A stretch of 64,000 nt of DNA. It comes from Eukaryota sp. TZLM1-RC. Its lineage: Eukaryota; Protista; Metamonada: BaSk clade. A program made the translations under genes and the position numbers. The notes below the pieces were generated by a model. The model worked only from the letters and a program-made list of their open reading frames with translations. It had not been told where the DNA came from and ran no database searches. Positions within the stretch are counted from its first letter, which is position 1; each line of letters opens with the position of its first letter. The stretch lies in the NCBI GenBank assembly GCA_040285825.1, contig JAUPSS010000002.1, forward strand, positions 868,001 to 932,000, read 5' to 3'. Shown here one piece after another: positions 60,240 through 64,000 of the stretch.

Positions 60240-62300
60240 AGCAAGAATTGTTTTTCGTTTTGCAAATTTATGTTTGATTTGAAGGAGAGTTCATCTGCAG
60301 TTTTGTTGAATCAAATTCCCCAGATTTATGGTTTATGTGTAAATGACGATCAATTGACAACTGCTATCAGAATGCGTTGCTATCTATAGCCTTGTAATAT
60401 GCCCAATGAGCTGCTATGCAAATGTGGAGGTGGCTTGACATTATCACATTTATTTAAGGGATAAATTCATTTTCCACATTTTTCTTCAAAATGGAGCAAA
60501 ATCCACACACTTCCATCAAAAGACTTCACAATCCACACAGAAACTCCAAAAACATCAATATCCACACAATGTTGTTTATTAGCTATTCTTTATCTTTGTT
60601 GGGACATCCTCTTGCGTTATGTCCTTCGACACCACACACTTTACATGTGTACTTGCGTCGTTGTTTGGGCGCTGGTTCAACTGCATCAGTAAACTTCTCG
60701 CTACGGCTGTTGGGTCCTCTTGGTTCATTACTTCTCCTCTTCCTAACGACTCCTGGTCTTCCTGCTCGCGGTGTAGGAATTGGAGGTTAAGTTAGTATAT
60801 CTGATTCGATCTTGTCTTCTAGCGTCTGCTTCACAACCGAATGAAGTTTTATGTTGTCCACTGAGAGTATTCTTCCACTGTAAGTTTTGAGAAATCTCTG
60901 TGTTGAATGAAGTTCAGAACACAATTCAACACCTCTACTTCCTTTTGCTGAAAGAAGTACGAGTAAATGCACACACGGAATCCCTTCTTTTTCCAAAGCT
61001 CCACATGAGCATTCGTTGGAATCCACATTGACAGTAAATACAGTGCCGTTCTCTCTCACTTCAAATTTAGCTTGGTCCAATTCCACAGCTTTTAAATCTC
61101 GAGATTGTAATAGTCTCTGTTTTCAGAATATCATTTGCTCTGCAGACAATAGTTGATGATAAGTTTCGTGCTTCTTTTCTTCTCGTAATAAACCATCTCG
61201 CCAACATTGACCTAATCGATTCAAACATATGTACAATTGGAAGCTGACGAGCTTCTGCAATGCACGCATTTACACATTCAACTATGTTGCTGGTAACATG
61301 ACCACATCTGTTCCCTGGAAACACCAAGATATTGAGTCTTAGCTATGATTTTGAACGGACATTCGGCAGTAGGACACCTCACCTCATACCGCGTTTTGTT
61401 ATTGTTGGGAGCAACTGTGAATTCCTTGTTGTATTGAAGTGCAAGTTGATGTAAGAAGGTCTGTAAGTCCAATCTCGACTCAAACGTCTTGTGTTCTGTT
61501 GCCACCAATGTTGCATCGTTCCTAAGACGTTTAAGATCAATGTTCATAGGAAATGTGGATTGTGTTGTGAATCTATGAAAGTGTGTGGATTTTGTTTTGC
61601 AAGTGTGGATTTTGTTTTATCTTTGAAAAACGTGTGGATTTTGGAGTTTTTCCTTTATTTAATTGCATCAGAATTAATTCTTATCGTTCCACTTTGCATG
61701 ATGCAGTCAGAGATCAGATCCAGGCAATGTGTAGTTCTTATCATCTTGAATCATTTGTAGAACCATTATTGAGGTCACTTGATATAACTGAAAGCGTTAT
61801 CGAGATTCTAAATATGGAAAACGACGTGCTGATGTTGTTGTGCCTTCATTTGATGATGTCTTGAATGTTGTTGATGTTGTAACAGTGGATGTTTGCAAGA
61901 AATGGCCTTGAAAATTGCACAATCCGAAGCATCTCCCCTTGATGATTCAGAATTGTATAAACGGAAGAAATATGCAAATTCTTTGAAAGAATTGAAACAT
62001 GTTCGCCATGTGGATCACCAATTTGCCCATTTGCTACATCGTTGTATGGACGGCATGGAAAAACCGCCATGAATTTCATTGATGATCTGGTAAAAAGAAG
62101 AATGAATAAGCGTTTTGATCGTCGTTTGTGGTTGAATTGTGTTGTTCTTACTGTTTTTAAAGCAATTCCTCAAATGATTTCGAAAGCTCTGATGTATGTC
62201 AATGCTCATTACGAAGACATTGTTGTTGTAGGCATTGATGGTGTGGAAGCTTGTTTTGAAGATATTGATTTTTAGTTTGTATTTTTGAAAATAGATCTTC
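60240..62300 (+). mobile_element. Non-LTR family B 3' fragment interrupted by a MULE
   Basis: IRMRCYL..CKC..LSHLF|NCIRINSYRSTLHDAVRDQ rejoins across 60458-61653; ends ACFEDIDF*. Confidence 0.85.
60458..61653 (-). mobile_element. MULE/Mutator DNA transposon, internally deleted (non-autonomous)
   Basis: 9-bp TSD TTTATTTAA (60449-60457, 61654-61662); imperfect GG-starting TIRs with AAAATCCACAC repeats; N-terminal DBD, TSNIVECVN, SWIM (CSCG..GIPCVH), CKVCGVEGHNARGCP; DDE core absent. Confidence 0.92.
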
Positions 62301-62489
62301 TGTGCTTAAAATTGTAATGCTCGGATGTTGTACAAATTATTTTAAGATTGCAAAAATAAATACAAAATGTACAATTACAGTGCAAAAAAATTAAGTGCAA
62401 AAGTTTTGAAAAATCTTGATTCATTTCATCCACATCCTCCAGTAATCTCAACGAATTACTACTATTTGACATTAGTGTGCTCTTAGCCG

Positions 62490-63249
62490 ATGTCCACGAC
62501 ACCTTTCGAATACCCTCCAGATTTTGATATTAATAACTGGATTACTCAGCTTGACAGTGTTCACGTTTCACAAGAAGATATTGATAATCTAGTTATGGAC
62601 TATCTAGTTGTTGAAGGTTATAAAGAAACAGCTGAAGCATTTGCAACTGAAATTGGTCTGTCTTCTTCTATGGAACCTTCCTTAATTGCTGAAAGGATGC
62701 AAGTACGGTCTGCCATTATTAATGGAGATATCCTCAAAGCCACTGATGCAATTAATGATATCGATGTTGAAATACTTGAGAAGGAGTGTGTTTGGATCAT
62801 GACAACGTTCTAATCCCAGCAAAAAGCTATTTTTTGGTCTACAAATTCAGCATTTAATTGAACTGGTCAAGTTGGGAAAGATCGAAGATGCGCTGCATTA
62901 TGCACAGCAAGAGGTAGCTGTTCACTATTTTGATCCTGAATACCAGTTTGATTCCTTCCTCCCCACTTTGGAAGAAGTAATGACCCTTCTAATGTTTGAA
63001 GATCCGACGACTTCCCCTCTTGCACCACTTCTAGATAACTCTAAGAGGTTACAAGTTGCTTCAGATGTCAATTCATCAATATTATCAGTTTTCTCTCAGT
63101 CTACTAAACCCAAGCTCTACACACTTCTCGAAGCCCTCTCCTCCCTGCAAGAAAAGCAGATGGGGAGAAAAGATTTTCCAAAGATAACTGCTGATAGTGT
63201 GGTTAATTTTTTGAAACAATCTAAGTCTGAAACAGAAGCAATGAATTGA
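62490..63249 (+). CDS. GID8: GID/CTLH complex subunit (LisH-CTLH-CRA); 34-nt intron at 62786-62819
   Basis: IDNLVMDYLVVEGYKETAEAF, ERMQVRSAIINGDI, LFFGLQIQHLIEL, LEEVMTLLMFEDP, RLQVASDVNSSIL. Confidence 0.9.
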
Positions 63250-63401
63250 CTATAAGAATTTGTGTACATAAAGAACAATTTTCCCTACAATGGTTTATTA
63301 CAATAGTTTATTAAACACAAATTGCGCAGGCTAATACAATTCTTAGAAAATAAAAGTATCCGACAAAAACTTCTTAATAATTAATAATCCAAAATAAATA
63401 C

Positions 63402-64000
63402 TTACATCTTGATCAAATCAACCATTAAATTCCGTAATTCAAACATTGATGTAGTGTCTGATTCATTATTCACAACATTCAACAATAATGTAGCTATTGA
63501 TCTTACCCTATCCTCTTTACTATCTATCCTGAGCAATTCTTCATCTTTAGCAATTCCAACCTGCCCCTTGAATGTTTCCTTCAACCATTCAACAGACCAT
63601 TCTTCCTTAACAGAAGGCTTTGGAACGGAAGGAGGAGGAGATGGTGAATCATCAGTGACTGGCTTTCCAGAAAGATATGAAATCATGTCCTCAACACCAT
63701 TCACTTTTGGCAAACATCGATAATAAGCTAAGGCACTGTCGATCCTGTCTTTATGATCAATTACTTCAGTTAGTGGATATTCGCCAAGCCTTGAAAGGTC
63801 AAAAATAGAGGCAAAAGGGCCACAATACACAGCAGATTCGTCACAATTGTAGCGTTGAATATGCCTCGAAAAGAACATTCTCCCTCCATGATCATCCAAG
63901 TTACACACAGTGGAAGGAACCGTAGCTGCAACTCCATAAGGATAAGGCTTCTCTTTCTTTACTTTTTTGGGAGTTTTCACCTCCTTTTTCTTTATTTTGC
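63402..64000 (-). CDS. Hypothetical protein, 3' part (runs off the right edge)
   Basis: Open frame of about 200 codons to a TAA at 63402; no recognised motif. Confidence 0.6.
   Translation of the reverse strand, partial: KIKKKEVKTPKKVKKEKPYPYGVAATVPSTVCNLDDHGGRMFFSRHIQRYNCDESAVYCGPFASIFDLSRLGEYPLTEVIDHKDRIDSALAYYRCLPKVNGVEDMISYLSGKPVTDDSPSPPPSVPKPSVKEEWSVEWLKETFKGQVGIAKDEELLRIDSKEDRVRSIATLLLNVVNNESDTTSMFELRNLMVDLIKM

Overview
Eukaryotic DNA from a compact, AT-rich genome of a flagellated protist (IFT81 present, standard genetic code, 26-36 nt GT-AG introns). Host genes: C2-domain/ferlin-like (partial), a predicted membrane protein, Arf GTPase, cytosolic LeuRS, a coiled-coil protein, a 3-BRCT protein, an MCM-lid/MCMDC2-like protein, IFT81, a 10-domain saposin, kinesin, RNase Z(L) and GID8. 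Dense islands of nested transposons separate them: CRE-like RLE non-LTR retrotransposons (two families), an LTR-identical chromodomain Ty3/gypsy plus relics, MULE relics and IS630/Tc1 fragments. Highlights: (1) six clear and about three weaker Fanzor (eukaryotic TnpB-like) relics from two families, most missed or split by the ORF track. One divergent family has a structured omega-RNA candidate and recurs beside IS630/Tc1 transposase fragments. (2) Two different gypsy elements lack a tRNA PBS and instead carry a 12-bp palindrome of different sequence across the LTR end, suggesting tRNA-independent priming. (3) A virus-like 2A peptide and a PolB-exonuclease-like motif lie just upstream of a Fanzor split by the gypsy. 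All assignments come from manual translation and motif recognition; no database searches or folding programs were run, and relic boundaries are approximate.
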